Source of the DNA: Azolla caroliniana
Lineage: Eukaryota; Plantae; Polypodiophyta
DNA length: 64,000 nucleotides
Assembly (NCBI GenBank): GCA_043228905.1
Contig: JBHGNT010000001.1
Span: 15,252,001-15,316,000, forward strand
Reading direction: 5' to 3'
Within the stretch, counting starts at the first letter, position 1. Each line of letters begins with the position of its first letter. This document shows positions 38,960-50,873 of this stretch, piece by piece. The translations under genes and the position numbers were made by a program. Below the pieces are notes generated by a model. It was not told where the DNA came from and made no database searches. It saw only the letters and a list, made by a program, of their open reading frames with translations.

Positions 38960-39781
38960 GGAAATGGGAATGGCCACGAGCAAACTAGTTTCGCCCCCTT
39001 TGGGGCTCATTAGTGCTAAGTGGCCTTTGGGGGGTTGATGGTGTTTATATAGGGAGGTTTAGGAGAGGCTTTAGAAAAATGAAAATAAGTAGTGGGGAGT
39101 GGAGGTGTGCTAATGGGTATGATTGAAAAGGAGAAGATTTGGCTAAGAAGGAAAAGGATTTTATGGGCTTTAATGTGATAAATGGAAGGTTTTGGTATAG
39201 TGAAGAGGTTATAATGTGAAAAGGGGGGGGATAAGAAGAAAAGAGAGAGAGAGAGAGTGATGATATGAAATTTAGAAGGGGAGTTAAGAGAGAGGGGAAA
39301 TAAGGAATAGGTGAGATGATGAGAATGGAAGGAAAGAGGGGGGGAGAGAGAGAGAGAGAGAGAGTATAAATAAGGGGAGAGAGGATGGGGAAACATGAAA
39401 AAAGTAAGAGAGAGAGAGAGAGAGAGAGAAACAAGGGAGAGAGAGGAGAGAGACGTGTGTAAACTAGAAAAAGTAAGAGAGAGAAATAGGAAAGTGGGGA
39501 GAAAGAAAGAAAGAAATAAAGAAAGATATATTAACGTCTTCTAAGGCCAAATTTGGCCCATGAGACAATTGGTTTACATTTAAAATGAGTGTTTATCCAA
39601 TCATGAAAACTAAAATAAAAGAAAATAGGTTAAGCTAAGAGAGTTCTAGTAGTGTACAAAACTTTGCACTAAGCCTAATCTCATTTCCACCCAAGTCTCT
39701 CAACAAGAAGTGGGAGGTCAAAAGTTTTTGGTGTGGGTGTGACCATGGTGCCGATGCATAGAGTGCCCTAGCCATAGCTTC

Positions 39782-40751
39782 TGTTGGGAGACAGGTCCCT
39801 CCGGATGGGAAGAGAGAAGAACAGTGCCAATAAACAAACTCGGCCGAGGCCGAAACCGGATGAGGAGTACCCGGCTACGGAGAGCCGGATGACGCAGACC
39901 CGGTGAGAACCGGATGAGGAGTACCCGGCTACGGAGAGCCGGATGGTACAGACCCGGTGAGATTCGGATGAGGAGTACCCGGCTACGGAGAGCCGGATGG
40001 TGCAGACCCGGTGAGAACCGGATGAGTACCCGGCTACGGAGAGCCGGATGGTACAGACCCGGTGAGATCCGGATGAGGAGTACCCGGCTACGGAGAGCCG
40101 GATGGTGCAGACCCGGTGAGAACCGGATGAGTACCCGGCTACGGAGAGCCGGATGGTGCAGACCCGGTGAGATCCAGATGAGGAGTACCCAGCTACGGAG
40201 AGCCGGATGGTGCAGACCCGGTGAGAATCGGATGAGGAGTACCCGGCTTAGGAGAGCCGGATGGTGTTGACCCAGTGAGGAATGCTCACCGTACGAAGAG
40301 ACATATTCGTAAATATGTTTCTGAGAGCCCATCGAGGCTATATTTGTAAATAGTCGAAAAGTCATATTAGTATAAATATGACTTAGGGCAAACTTTTATA
40401 AATAGTTGTTGTTGTTATTCTTGTTGGTGCAAGAATAGAGTGAGCGGGTAACAGTGTACAGAGAGAGAGAGAGCAAGAGGTCGTTGCCTCTGTTGTAACC
40501 GCCGCCTGTGGCGAGGATCATGAGCACAAGGTCGTTGCCTCCGTGAACTCACTGTTGTACATTCTAGCATAGTGATAGTTTGCAGCCTGTGGGCTGCCGT
40601 GGTTTTTTTTTCCCTCTTTGGGTTTTCCACGTAAATATCCTGTGTACTCTTCTCCTCTTTGTGTCGTGCTTTCATTTCCTGTTTTCTGTGCATGAATCTA
40701 AGCTTGGTTGTGGCCGAGCGTTGCGTATAGCGGAGCGTTTAGTTCCTATCA
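39782..40751 (+). mobile_element. Solo LTR (970 bp), same family as 13087-13900, inserted into the LINE ORF2 tail
   Basis: TGTTGGGAG...CCTATCA with TSD GCTTC/ACTTC (one mismatch). Reverse-complement similarity to 13087-13900. Confidence 0.92.
39856..40270. repeat. ~8 x 51-54-bp tandem repeat in the solo LTR
   Basis: Unit CCGGATGAGGAGTACCCGGCTACGGAGAGCCGGATGGTGCAGACCCGGTGAGAA. Two units lack 3 bp. Confidence 0.95.
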
Positions 40752-43700
40752 ACTTCTAGGCGGTGTAGTTCACGTTCCCTTATTTTCTTTATTGCTTCTA
40801 CATCTCGTCGAGTTTCTTTGAAACCCGACATCCAAGGGCGTTTGGTTCTTCTTTGATTTTCTGCTTCATCAAGGAAAAGCCCGAGTGGTGCAGGTGTGTC
40901 GACATTCATTGTCTCCCCCTGTTCTTGAAAAACTTCATTTGTTACATGTTGGTAAACATTAGCAACATTATTATCAACGTTTTGTAACTTATTCTCTCTA
41001 TGTTGTTTCAATTCTAAGATGTATCTACCTAATTTCTTTATATCTAGTGTATCTAATAGTTTAGGGAGGGTGGGAGAGGAACCAAGTATGTCTTGGTATT
41101 TTGCCCTTATCTCGGCATAGGTGGGGCATTTGCATGTAAAATGGTACTCATCCTCTATCTCTATGTGGCATAACCTACATATCCTTCCCTCCCTAGGGAC
41201 TCCATTAGTACGTCCATTCTCAATCTCAAGTTGGTGAGATGATATTCTAAGTTGACCAATGGCAACCCTTAGTGCATGTGGTAAGAATACATCTAGATAT
41301 CTTGGTCGTGTGATAAAACCTAACTTAGAGAAGTGCATAAAGTGTTCCTTATAGTACGACATTTTAGATGGGAGTGGCTCTAGTGGGGTGATCCATTTAT
41401 ACCGAGTATAAATTTGCCATATTTCTTGGCGTATTACTTTATTACGGTCCTCATCAGAGATTAAAGTGTTATCAGTCGTGTGGTCGTACTTAGGGGGGGG
41501 GGGGGGGGGGAGGTTATTAATGTCTAGACCGTTGGCAAGAGCCAACTCACCATCATGCCATACCATGAGCTAGTATAGCCGGACTCATACAATGCTCGAG
41601 AAGCCTTAAAGGCTTGATGGGATATTCTATCAAGTGGTTCGTTATGTATCATGTGGATAAAGACTATAATTTGAAAAAGTGTTTCTACTAACATAGGGGG
41701 TAGAGTGAACTCAACCCTAATAATGTCATGTGGGACCGACGATTTGCTTTGGAGTTGGTGTGATAACATCATCACCAATGGTCTCTCTAATTGCGTCCAC
41801 ATGAAAGATGGTAGTCTTGGAGCCCAAACCGTTGATGCATACATGAGAGAGGGAGTCACTAATGAGTCAAAGAGCCACCCTTTAGTTCGTGGCTCTTGGA
41901 AGTATCTTGGTGGCATTGTCTCTCGAGGAGTGAGAGGGATGCATGTCCTCTTGTAAGTCTATCCTTCGCTGCTTGTGTCATCGAAAATTTACCTGAGCGG
42001 GCATTGAAAATGACTCCGAGATAGACATATGATCCAACCACCTCAACTGGGCTATGGGAGATAGTTAGGTGACACTTAGCTCTAAATTGGGCCGACGTGT
42101 GGAAGATAAGGACTTTAGTTTTCCCTAGATTCATTACCAATCCTCGTTGTGTGCAAAAGTCATCTAAGGCATTAAGGTGCCTTTGTAGGTCGTGTTCGGA
42201 TTCAAAGAGCAAAACTATGTCATCTGCATAGAGCAAAACTATGTCCCCAAGGACTACTCCATTGCCTCCCTTACAAGCAATAAAATTTGTGATCTCATCA
42301 ATGTAGATCCCAAAAAGAGTCGGAGATAAGGGGCAACCTTGTTTTACACCAATAGTGCTACTGAAACTATCGGATATGCCACCTGGGAATCGAACACACC
42401 CGAACACTTGTTCATATAGTGCGTAGATGGCCCAAACCATGTCATCTGGTATCCTCAAGCTCTTACACCTATCAAACAACCGCTCTCTAGGGACCGTGTC
42501 AAAGGCTTTGAAGAAGTCCACAAAACAACATTATAGTTTCTTCTTGCGAGCCTTAGTCTGGTCAATTAAGCATCTAAGAGTGAAGATATGATCAATAGTG
42601 GAGAAGGCTTGTCTAAAGCCAGCCTGTTCATATAATCGCTAAGCTCTGCCTCCATTACTGCACCATATAATTTAGCAAGGGTATGACCTATCATAATGGT
42701 CCTATAAGTATTTGGGTCCATGGGGTCCCCCCCTTTATGTATGGGGGCCACTGTGTTCATGGTCCATTGTGGTGGAAAACCCTCTGCGAGGGCGCGATTG
42801 AAGATTAGAGTTAGCAAGGGAGCTAGGCACTCTCTCGCATATATGATGTGTTCTACTCGCAATCTTGTGTGGTCCATGGACTTCCTATGTTGTAATTTCT
42901 TTATGACCTTCGTGACCCTAGACGTCGTGAAGAGTGTCCCCATAGTAGGTCGGGGTGTAGAAGGCTTTGGAATGGGTGGTTGGTTTGGGATTTGGTAAAG
43001 TCTCTCTGTATAAGTATGCCAAGTTTCAGGATCTTCAATGGGTGTTTGTGGTCTTGGTTTCCATAATCTCTTCCATGCAATGGCACAATCGTTACTCATG
43101 AGCATATGGTAGAGTTCTCAATATTGGGATGCCTCCCATGCTCGTCTCTTACGACGTGTCATCTTGCGCATTTCTTTACGAGCTTGTACTGAGGTAATAC
43201 TACCACTGAGTTGCGATATTGTAAGTTGTCTATGTAAGCACCTACAATCCTCATCATACCATCTATTTTGTGGCATAGATCCTACTTTACCTTGATTGGA
43301 GTGTTTCGTGTATGGGAAACTGCTAACTGCTGCAGAGTGAAGGATGTGTGTGAGTTTCATACTAAGGCTCTCTAAAGGTAGGGAGGATCAAGGGAGGAGA
43401 GATGGGCTTGAACATGTCGAGCATATATGTCAGAGAGCTCATGTGTGAAATGTATTGTGATGTCATGGCGTGGTTGACTAGAGTTGGTGACGTTAGAGAT
43501 ATCGCATTTTAGCTCGAAGTATAAGAAAATATGGTCCGCGCCAATAGGACATGGGGCCACTCGGAAGGAGTTAATCATGTGGGTAGCTTCAGGGCGTCCT
43601 ATTAGATAATCAATTGTGCTTTCCCCTCCTCCATGTGGGAAACATGTGAGCACTTCCGAACCTGGCCACTTGGCTAAACCATTATATATGACCATCTGGT

Positions 43701-44334
43701 GTCGACTGCCAAGTTCGAGCAAATGATGGCCAAAGCTCATGGCGTCCACACCTTGATCCTTTTATCTACGTGTGGTGTCTATGTTTAAAGGATCGACATT
43801 TACCATTTCTAGGTTCATTTGAAATATTGTGCATTGTCGGGATTGGGTTCTCGCATTAAAGTCTCCTACAAGGAATACTTCTCCTTGGGAAGAATATCGG
43901 ATTATGTCATCCGATAGAGGTTCATATGGGGAAGGCCCATGTGGCACTCCTTCATCAACTAATCTCGCCTCGCCAGCCAGATTATAATGAGAGCCTTTCA
44001 GGGGGAAGTAACAAATGGCGAAAAATACTGCCTTGTCCTTGCTTGTGGAGACTTTCACCCACATAAAACAAGCTTCTGGGTTTGTGCTCAGTATTTCTAT
44101 CCTATTATGTAGCTCCCTCCGAAACAATATTGCGACACCTCCAGATCCCCTGGTACTGCATCGACGTGTGGTTTGTCTAAAAGCCGACTCCCAACGAAAT
44201 CCTTCGACTCGTGGGAGTCCCCTATTTGGGCTTTGGTGTGTTTCTACTAGGCAAACTATATCTGATTCCTTTAATATCTCCTCTAGGTGGTCGGGGTGTG
44301 TCCAGAGTGCGCTATTACAATTCCATAAGGTCAT
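40752..44334 (-). pseudogene. LINE ORF2 (AP endonuclease, RT, CCHC), frameshifted
   Basis: Motifs TLWNC, CLVETH, GDFNART, STIDY, ADH, YRTIMIG, DFFKAFDTV, GVKQGCPLSPTLF, LLYADD and LRISSHQLEIENGR...CRLC...EDEYHFTCKC. Confidence 0.93.
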
Positions 44335-44396
44335 CCTAAGTGTGTTTTATGTCACATGAGCCACAGGCCGTCAATTAGTAGTGTGATCATTTATGA

Positions 44397-45176
44397 TCAC
44401 TCGCCCATCTCGATAAAAGGCGTGATGCCCTTTTTACGAGCTTGCATAACCTTTGGCATACAACTCTTGCAATGCTCAATTTGCATCTTGGTGAGGTCTT
44501 CATCAAGATAGATAGGGTTCCCACCCAATCCACGAAGAATTGATCTCTTCTTAAAGAAAGTGATTCTAGAGTCTAAGTCTTTAAATGGAAGAACTAAGGC
44601 TCTCCTCCTAGTTGTGTCGTGTCCGACTCTCCAAGCTTTGGTGATAGGTAGGGTCGTTGTGTACCCTAACATTTTCCCGAGTGTTTGTGCATCCTCATTC
44701 GGGGATGCACCATCCTTGAGCCCAGTGACACGCACATTTAGGCGTCGGGCCTGACGCATTTTCTCCTCTTCGAGGGTGGTATTAACAATATTTTCGTCCT
44801 TTATTTCTTTTTTAATGTTTCTTATAACCACATCTACCCAACCCGTTTTTGCTAACTCTATGTTATTTTTAACCTCCTCTTTAACTTTTTTGATCTCGCC
44901 TTTTATATCCTCTATGGAGGATATTTCACCGTCCTCTTGGGATACCTCGATGTCATTAAATTGTTGTTTGAGGTTTGTGTTTTCCTCTTTAAATTTTTCT
45001 ATTTCGGCCTTGAGGGCATCTTTTTCCTCTCTATCTTTTTTCTTGTGGGTTTCGACGTCTTTCACCCATTTTTTCATATCCATCTCTATTTTTGTTAAAC
45101 GGTTAAACATATCTAAAAAGTCCTCCTTACTTATAGCCTCGTCTTGTGTATCTCTATGTTCCTTTCGTTTAGACAT
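44397..45176 (-). CDS. LINE ORF1-like protein (coiled-coil plus RRM-like region), possibly frameshifted at the C-terminus
   Basis: A K/E-rich heptad region is followed by RRLNVRVTGL...AWRVG...IYLDEDLT, directly upstream of the APE domain. Confidence 0.8.
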   Translation of the reverse strand: MSKRKEHRDTQDEAISKEDFLDMFNRLTKIEMDMKKWVKDVETHKKKDREEKDALKAEIEKFKEENTNLKQQFNDIEVSQEDGEISSIEDIKGEIKKVKEEVKNNIELAKTGWVDVVIRNIKKEIKDENIVNTTLEEEKMRQARRLNVRVTGLKDGASPNEDAQTLGKMLGYTTTLPITKAWRVGHDTTRRRALVLPFKDLDSRITFFKKRSILRGLGGNPIYLDEDLTKMQIEHCKSCMPKVMQARKKGITPFIEMGE

Positions 45177-45637
45177 TGTAGTGTCAATAAGAGAAAAAGA
45201 TAAAATAAATGGGTTCGAGCCTTAACCGAGTTTGTGTGTATGTCGCAGTCACATCGACAGTTCGCATGCGACGAGCACGCTAAAAGAATAAGGATGCGCC
45301 GCCAAGAAAAGAAACACGGCACTCGGCAACATCAAGAACAAGAAGGAGAAGAACACGACAATGGCAACGACGACTACGACGAACGATGACAAACGGCAGC
45401 AGGTCGTCCAACACGCAGACGACGACGGACGGCAGCGCCGCAATAGACGGTGATAGGCGACAGCAGACGACGACGAACGTCAGAGGCGGCAGCGCGGCAA
45501 CAGACGACAGCACGATGGGGGGGGGGGGAGAGAGAGAGTGCAGCACGGTAGCAGGTGGCGACAGACGTCGCAGACAACAGCGATGACAACGTGGCAACGG
45601 CAGCACGACCGTTGCAGAGAGAGGCAGCACTACCGTT

Positions 45638-45674
<37 letters not shown>

Positions 45675-45699
45675 TGGGGCAAGAGGAAAGATATAGAGT

Positions 45700-47000
45700 A
45701 AGGAAGAGGATAGGGAGTGGTAGGGAGTGGTAGGGTAAGAAAAAGTAAAACTTGTATGAGGGTGGAAAAAAATAAAAATAGAAAGGTGGAGAAAGTAAAA
45801 TGTAAAAGGAGGGACTTCAAAAGAAGAGGCAAAGGATTTAGAGAACGGACGAGGAGGGGTAAGGTAATAAAAAAGTGAGACATGGTTGAGGGTAAAAAAT
45901 GAGAACATGGGCGAGGGTAGCACATTGAAAAAAAGGAATATGAAAATGAAAGGGTATATTGTAATAAGAAAAACATAGAGGGGCGCAAGGGGAAAAGGGA
46001 AAGAAAATTAAAATGAAAAAATAAAAACATAGAGGGGCGCAAGGAAGGAAGAGAGAAGGAAAAGAAAAACGGGGAACAAGAAAAACAAAAATTAAGTCAA
46101 AAGGGGGTGAGAATAAAAGGGCTACAAACTAAAAAGTCAAGGAACAAATGGGGAGGGGTAGGGAAAGAAATATGAGAAAGTAGGCAAGGGGTATGGATAA
46201 AAGTATGAGAAATGAATAGAAGATAAAAAGGAAAATTAGGGTTTAGGGTATATAATGTATAGGAGCGTTAAGAAGAAAAGTGAGAGTTAGTGTATGAAAT
46301 GTTAAAAGAGGGGAAATATTAAAAGGGGAGGTAAGAGAGAGGGGGAAATAAGGAATACTCGAGATGATAGAAGGGAAGGAAAGAGGGGAGAGAGAGGGAG
46401 AGGAATGAGTAGACATAAGCAGAGTGACTAGATCTACGAGGATCTAGGGTCGGAAAACGTGAAAAAAGTAGGAGAGAGGTAAGGAAGAGAGACAAGTGTG
46501 GGGAAAGAGGAAAAGAAAAGGGGGAAGGCTATAGATTTAGGAAGAGAAGGGGGAGGGGTAGGGTAAGAAAAAATAAAACATGGGTAAGGGCAGAAAAGTA
46601 AAAATATAAAGGTGGAGAAAGAATAAAAAGAAAAAGAAGAGGCTAGGGATTTAGAAAAAAGATGAGGAGGGGTAAGGTAAGCAAAAAATCGAGAGATGGG
46701 TGAGGGTAGAAGACTAAAAAAGGAATATGAAAATGAAAGGGTATATTGTAATAAGAAAAACGTACAGGGGGGCAAGGGCAAAAAATAAAAATAAAAGGTA
46801 ACAAAAGGAAGGAAGGGGAAGGAAAAATATTTTTTAAAAAATTAAGTTAAAGGGGCTAAAAATAGAAAAGGGTAGAAGTTAGAATGTCAAGGAACAATTA
46901 GGGAGGGGTAGGGAAAGAAATATAGGAAAGTGGGGGGGGGCGGAGTATGGATGAAAATAAGAGAAAGTAAGAGAAGATAGAAAGGAAAATTAAGGAGGGT
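45700..47000. repeat. Two diverged ~500-bp purine-rich direct repeats upstream of LINE ORF1
   Basis: ~45720-46240 matches ~46560-47000, for example AAAAGGAATATGAAAATGAAAGGGTATATTGTAATAAGAAAAAC. Confidence 0.8.
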
Positions 47001-47493
47001 AGGGTTGAAGAATAGGAGAAGATGGGGTAGGGGTAGAGTTGAAATTAGGAGGAAGCGGTGGAGGGGTAGGTTATGATATATTAAAAAGAGGAGGGGAGGC
47101 ATTTTACAAGAGGTGTATGTGTACGTTGTAGCGAGCTTAACATCGTGATTTAAGATACAAAAAGGAAACAAAGTGAAAAAGGGGCCGGCTACCGAATGTA
47201 GTCCCGGTCTTTTACAAGAAAAAAAGTGGTATAATGGGGAATGTATGGCTACTAAGTGTAGTCTCATGCTTACAACAATGATGTTAGGAGGGTGCGATAG
47301 GGTGTAGAGTGCTTATGATGTGAGAGGATAGGAAAAGAGACAAGCCGATGACATCGTTGCAAATGTCACGTAACGCGTAGTGGGGGCACTCGACACAAAC
47401 AAAGGCTCGATAAATGACGATGCAACCTCGATGTGGGTGCCTATCCCCAATATGTAGACCACCATACTAAACCATTATCTCTTCATGTGTGTT

Positions 47494-47822
47494 TGTTGAC
47501 CTTTAGGCCGGTACAAGGAGTGCGGAACAATGAAGACATCAGTGGGTTGTAGATAGGCCGAGAGGGGAAAGGAGTGGCTATGGAGGGGAGAGGGAGACGA
47601 AACCACTAAGGACGATTTGAACGCACCCGAATCGTAGATAACTTGGTGAAAGCGACAACGAGATAGGGGGAGGGGAGAGGGAGATAAGGAATCAAATACT
47701 AATAATAAACTCTACATAAGATTAAAACACTAAAAAGATTAAAACATACCCATCGGAGAGAGAGAGAGAGAGATTAATAGCAAAACTAATTTTCATTAAG
47801 AGAGGGTTTACAATGAGATAGG
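47494..47822. repeat. ~330-bp direct repeat, copy 2 (5' side of the LINE)
   Basis: Matches 38630-38959. Confidence 0.95.
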
Positions 47823-48138
47823 TTGAAGGTAGAAGTTATCTTGTTGATGAAGGAAGAGTACAAGTCGGTCATAAAAGTCTGATGATTCTTGGGAGCATTC
47901 ACCTTCTACCATCTTTGGATTCCGTAGTACGCGCACATCGTTGAGCTACTCTATGGCTTGCTGAAGAATGGTCTGAAGTTGATGTGAAAGGGAGAACACA
48001 TGGAGGAGGAGATGAGAACAATTGCACCGGCTCTCTGGAAATCCGTATACAAGGCGAACACTCCGGTTTATGTGACGGTGGACACGAGTCCGAGCGGAAT
48101 CAGATGGGTTATCAATCAGGAGGGCGAGGTCGGCACAC

Positions 48139-48795
48139 TGTTGAGAAGAAAACTGTCCCGAGGCGAAATCCGGGAATAGTGTGCGTGAACCAGCCCTTAC
48201 ACGCGAGCACAAAGTTTGATGTATTGTACATAGTTAGATACAGACTGGCCGATGCGAATATCCTAGGTAGCGCGTATTCATTGGGTAGGAAATCGAGCAG
48301 TATCTCTGTCTGAAAGGACAGAGAATAATGGTGTTGTGATAGGTTGTAACCTCTTTCCCTCCTTGGGCTATAAAGGAGAGGGAAAGGGGGAGTGTCGAGG
48401 GGGCGGTTGGTTGAGTACGAAGTGTCGTCGGACCAGGACCGAGCTCTTCTCCTCTGTCTTTCTCTGTTGTTGCTCTCTGCAGGTTTGCGGGAGTCTGCCT
48501 CTACTTCGTGGAAAGCCTGAGTGCTTCCGGTAGAGTCTCCATCTCGCGTTTCTGTGTGTGCGTGTGAGTGTCAGAGCGTTGTCGCTCACCGGTTTGCCGG
48601 CTGTAACCCTAATCATATAAATATATATTTTTCTTGTTTTCCGTTTTCGTAACAGTTGCGAGCTCTATGTATTTGTGTGTGTGTGTGGCTCGGCCATTGT
48701 TCCTGCATCGCTCCTCCCTCTGTTCCATTATTCCTCGGTTCAAGGTCGTCGCGGTCCCGCCTTAGTCTCTCCTACGCAAGCGGAACAACACGAGA
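48139..48795 (+). repeat. 5' LTR of gypsy C
   Basis: TGTTGAGAAG...AACACGAGA, homologous to 53610-54264. Confidence 0.9.
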
Positions 48796-48800
48796 TTATT

Positions 48801-48817
48801 TGGTGAACCCGACGTGA
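48801..48817 (+). promoter_or_regulatory. Primer-binding site, tRNA-Trp type
   Basis: TGGTGAACCCGACGTGA is complementary to the 3' end of plant cytosolic tRNA-Trp as recalled from memory. Confidence 0.8.
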
Positions 48818-50807
48818 AACAAGGTAGCAGAGGAATCGAAAGATGAGGGGATCGGAGCTTGCCGAAGCTATAGCTTCTGCCGTTGATCGGATAGTGAGTG
48901 CGCGTGAGGGCACATGCGCCCTCAACAGGGCTATCGAAGCGATTGTTGGTACAATAGGCCAATTCGGTGGGAAGGACGCCACGAGCTATCTGGAGGTCTA
49001 CCGAGCCCAAATGGTAATGAGGGACATTCCGGAGGACAGGCAACTAGCCGGATTCCCTCGGGTGGCAATGTCGAGCATCCACGCGGAGGTGCTCGAGGTG
49101 TGGGCTAAGTGCCAGACCTGGGAAGAATTTGAAGGTTGGCTCCTTGAGAAGTACGGGCTTGATGACGCGCTTCAGCTATCGAAATGGGACTTCATGGAGA
49201 GGGTAGAGACACCCACAAAGGGGAGAAACGCGTCGGTGCTCCTCCAGGAGTTTGAGTAATGCTTTGCACGGCTCTTGGCACTGGACAGGACCATACTAGA
49301 TATGAGCCGGATTCTATTGTTCGTAAAGGCTGTGGACGTGCGGGATCGGGAGCAAGTGGGTTTCCTATTGGAGACAGACGACGGCCAGACGACCGATTGG
49401 GCCATCGTGAAAAGTGTCTGCGGCCGTTTCAACAAACGGCGTGAGTAGGGCGACAAGGGCTCATCGGGGGCGGGATTTGTTGCGGCAAGAAAGCTCGAGG
49501 GACCCCCACCGGCGCGAAGGGAGGAAACCCGGGATTGGCTTAAGATAGGCTCGACATCAACCAGCATGGTCAAAGGCCCGTTAGGAGGAGCGGCTCTGGA
49601 AGATGCTTGTGGTGTGACGTGGTCGGTCACATCCGGAAGGACTGCGGGGACTTCGTGGAGGCGCTCAGGGCTAACGTGGTGTACCTATGGAATGGGCGGG
49701 TGCATGCTAGCGAGACCAGGAGAGCCCTGGAGTTGAACATCAGACGCAGAGGAATGAAGTGGCGGTGCGCCATGCGGAGACAATCCACTACTCGGCGTCG
49801 GCAGGAATCCGGGTCGGGAGTGACAAAGGTTGGAGGACGAAGGACTCGGGGTTCTGGCTGTTGGTGCTAGAAGGCCTCGTCCGCGTGTGGCTGAGGAAGG
49901 AGGAAGCGGACCGCGCAGAAAGGCGGCGGGTCCGGGAGGTCACCAGGTGGGACGACCCGGTCGAGGAAAAGACCGGCTTTGTGGAAGCCGCATGCCAGGA
50001 CTACGAGGTTCTGGTAGAGGACAAAAGTGCAGGAAAAGCCGGAGGGGCTGGAGCCTCACAGCGGTACGAGACATGGTTCGGGTCGAAGCAGAATGACACC
50101 AATACCACCGGTGCACCGGACAAGTCAAAGAAGGCCGGTCACCGGTTGAGGGACGGATCCACGAAAGGTCCTGGAGGAACGAATCCTCGACAATAAGGTG
50201 GAGTTGTCGTTAAGGGAAGTGCTTGGGATCGTGAAGGAGTTCCATGACTCCATCGTGGACTTAGTGAACCGGAAACGGCTTTCGACGGAGGTGCGAAGGA
50301 AGCACCTGGAAGATATGGCCCTGAAGGACGAGTTGGCCGAAATCCACTATTCGAGGCTACATTGGGCTAGAGCCACTATGGAGACCCCTGTTCGGATCGG
50401 AGACGTCCAGGAGACGGTGATGGCGTTGGTAGACCACGGTTCAGAGATCAACCTGATGTCCATGAACTTCTACAAGAAGGGTAAGTGGTCGATCAACACC
50501 AAGAACAGGTGGAAAATACGAGTGCAATGCGCGCCATGGAGGAACTACATGGGGCCTACCCAAATGTACAAGTGAAGATCGGTGATGTCGAGATTGATCA
50601 ACACTTCTTGATGCAAGAGACATCCTCGCACTCGGTGATCCTCGGCGAACTGTACATTACAGCGGCACACATGGAGACGAAGGTGTTGGATAACGGTTCA
50701 ACGTACGCCCGATTGAAGAGCCAAGATGGGCGGCACTCATTCCAATTTCTAACGGTGGGACCGAACCACGAGCGCAACCGCGAGACCCTCAGCGACGAAG
50801 GTCGAGG

Positions 50808-50873
50808 GGATTTTTAGAGAGGGCTATCAAGGCGTGGGGCTGCCATAGTCCGGATACCCAGGAAAAACCCCAC
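50808..50873 (+). promoter_or_regulatory. Putative -1 ribosomal frameshift signal (G_GAT_TTT plus pseudoknot), copy C
   Basis: The protease ORF ends ...GDF*. After a 6-nt spacer come stem 1 GGGCTAT/ATAGTCC and stem 2 GTGGGG/CCCCAC. The -1 frame is open to 51131. Confidence 0.68.

Larger units (their letters stand above)
38630..47822 (-). mobile_element. Two-ORF non-LTR retrotransposon (APE-RT, RTE-X-like) bracketed by direct repeats
   Basis: ORF1 followed by a disrupted ORF2 with APE, RT and a C-terminal CCHC. Long purine/pyrimidine-skewed flanks. The clade call is by motif resemblance only. Confidence 0.85.

Noticed and set aside
41493-41510. G18 run (poly-Pro in LINE ORF2)
   Set aside because: A simple homopolymer whose length is prone to slippage or sequencing error. 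No function can be supported.
45374-47267. Hydrophobic F/L/S/P-rich ORFs (also 39016-39434 and 4477-4716) resembling membrane or env proteins
   Set aside because: They are by-products of pyrimidine-rich low-complexity sequence.
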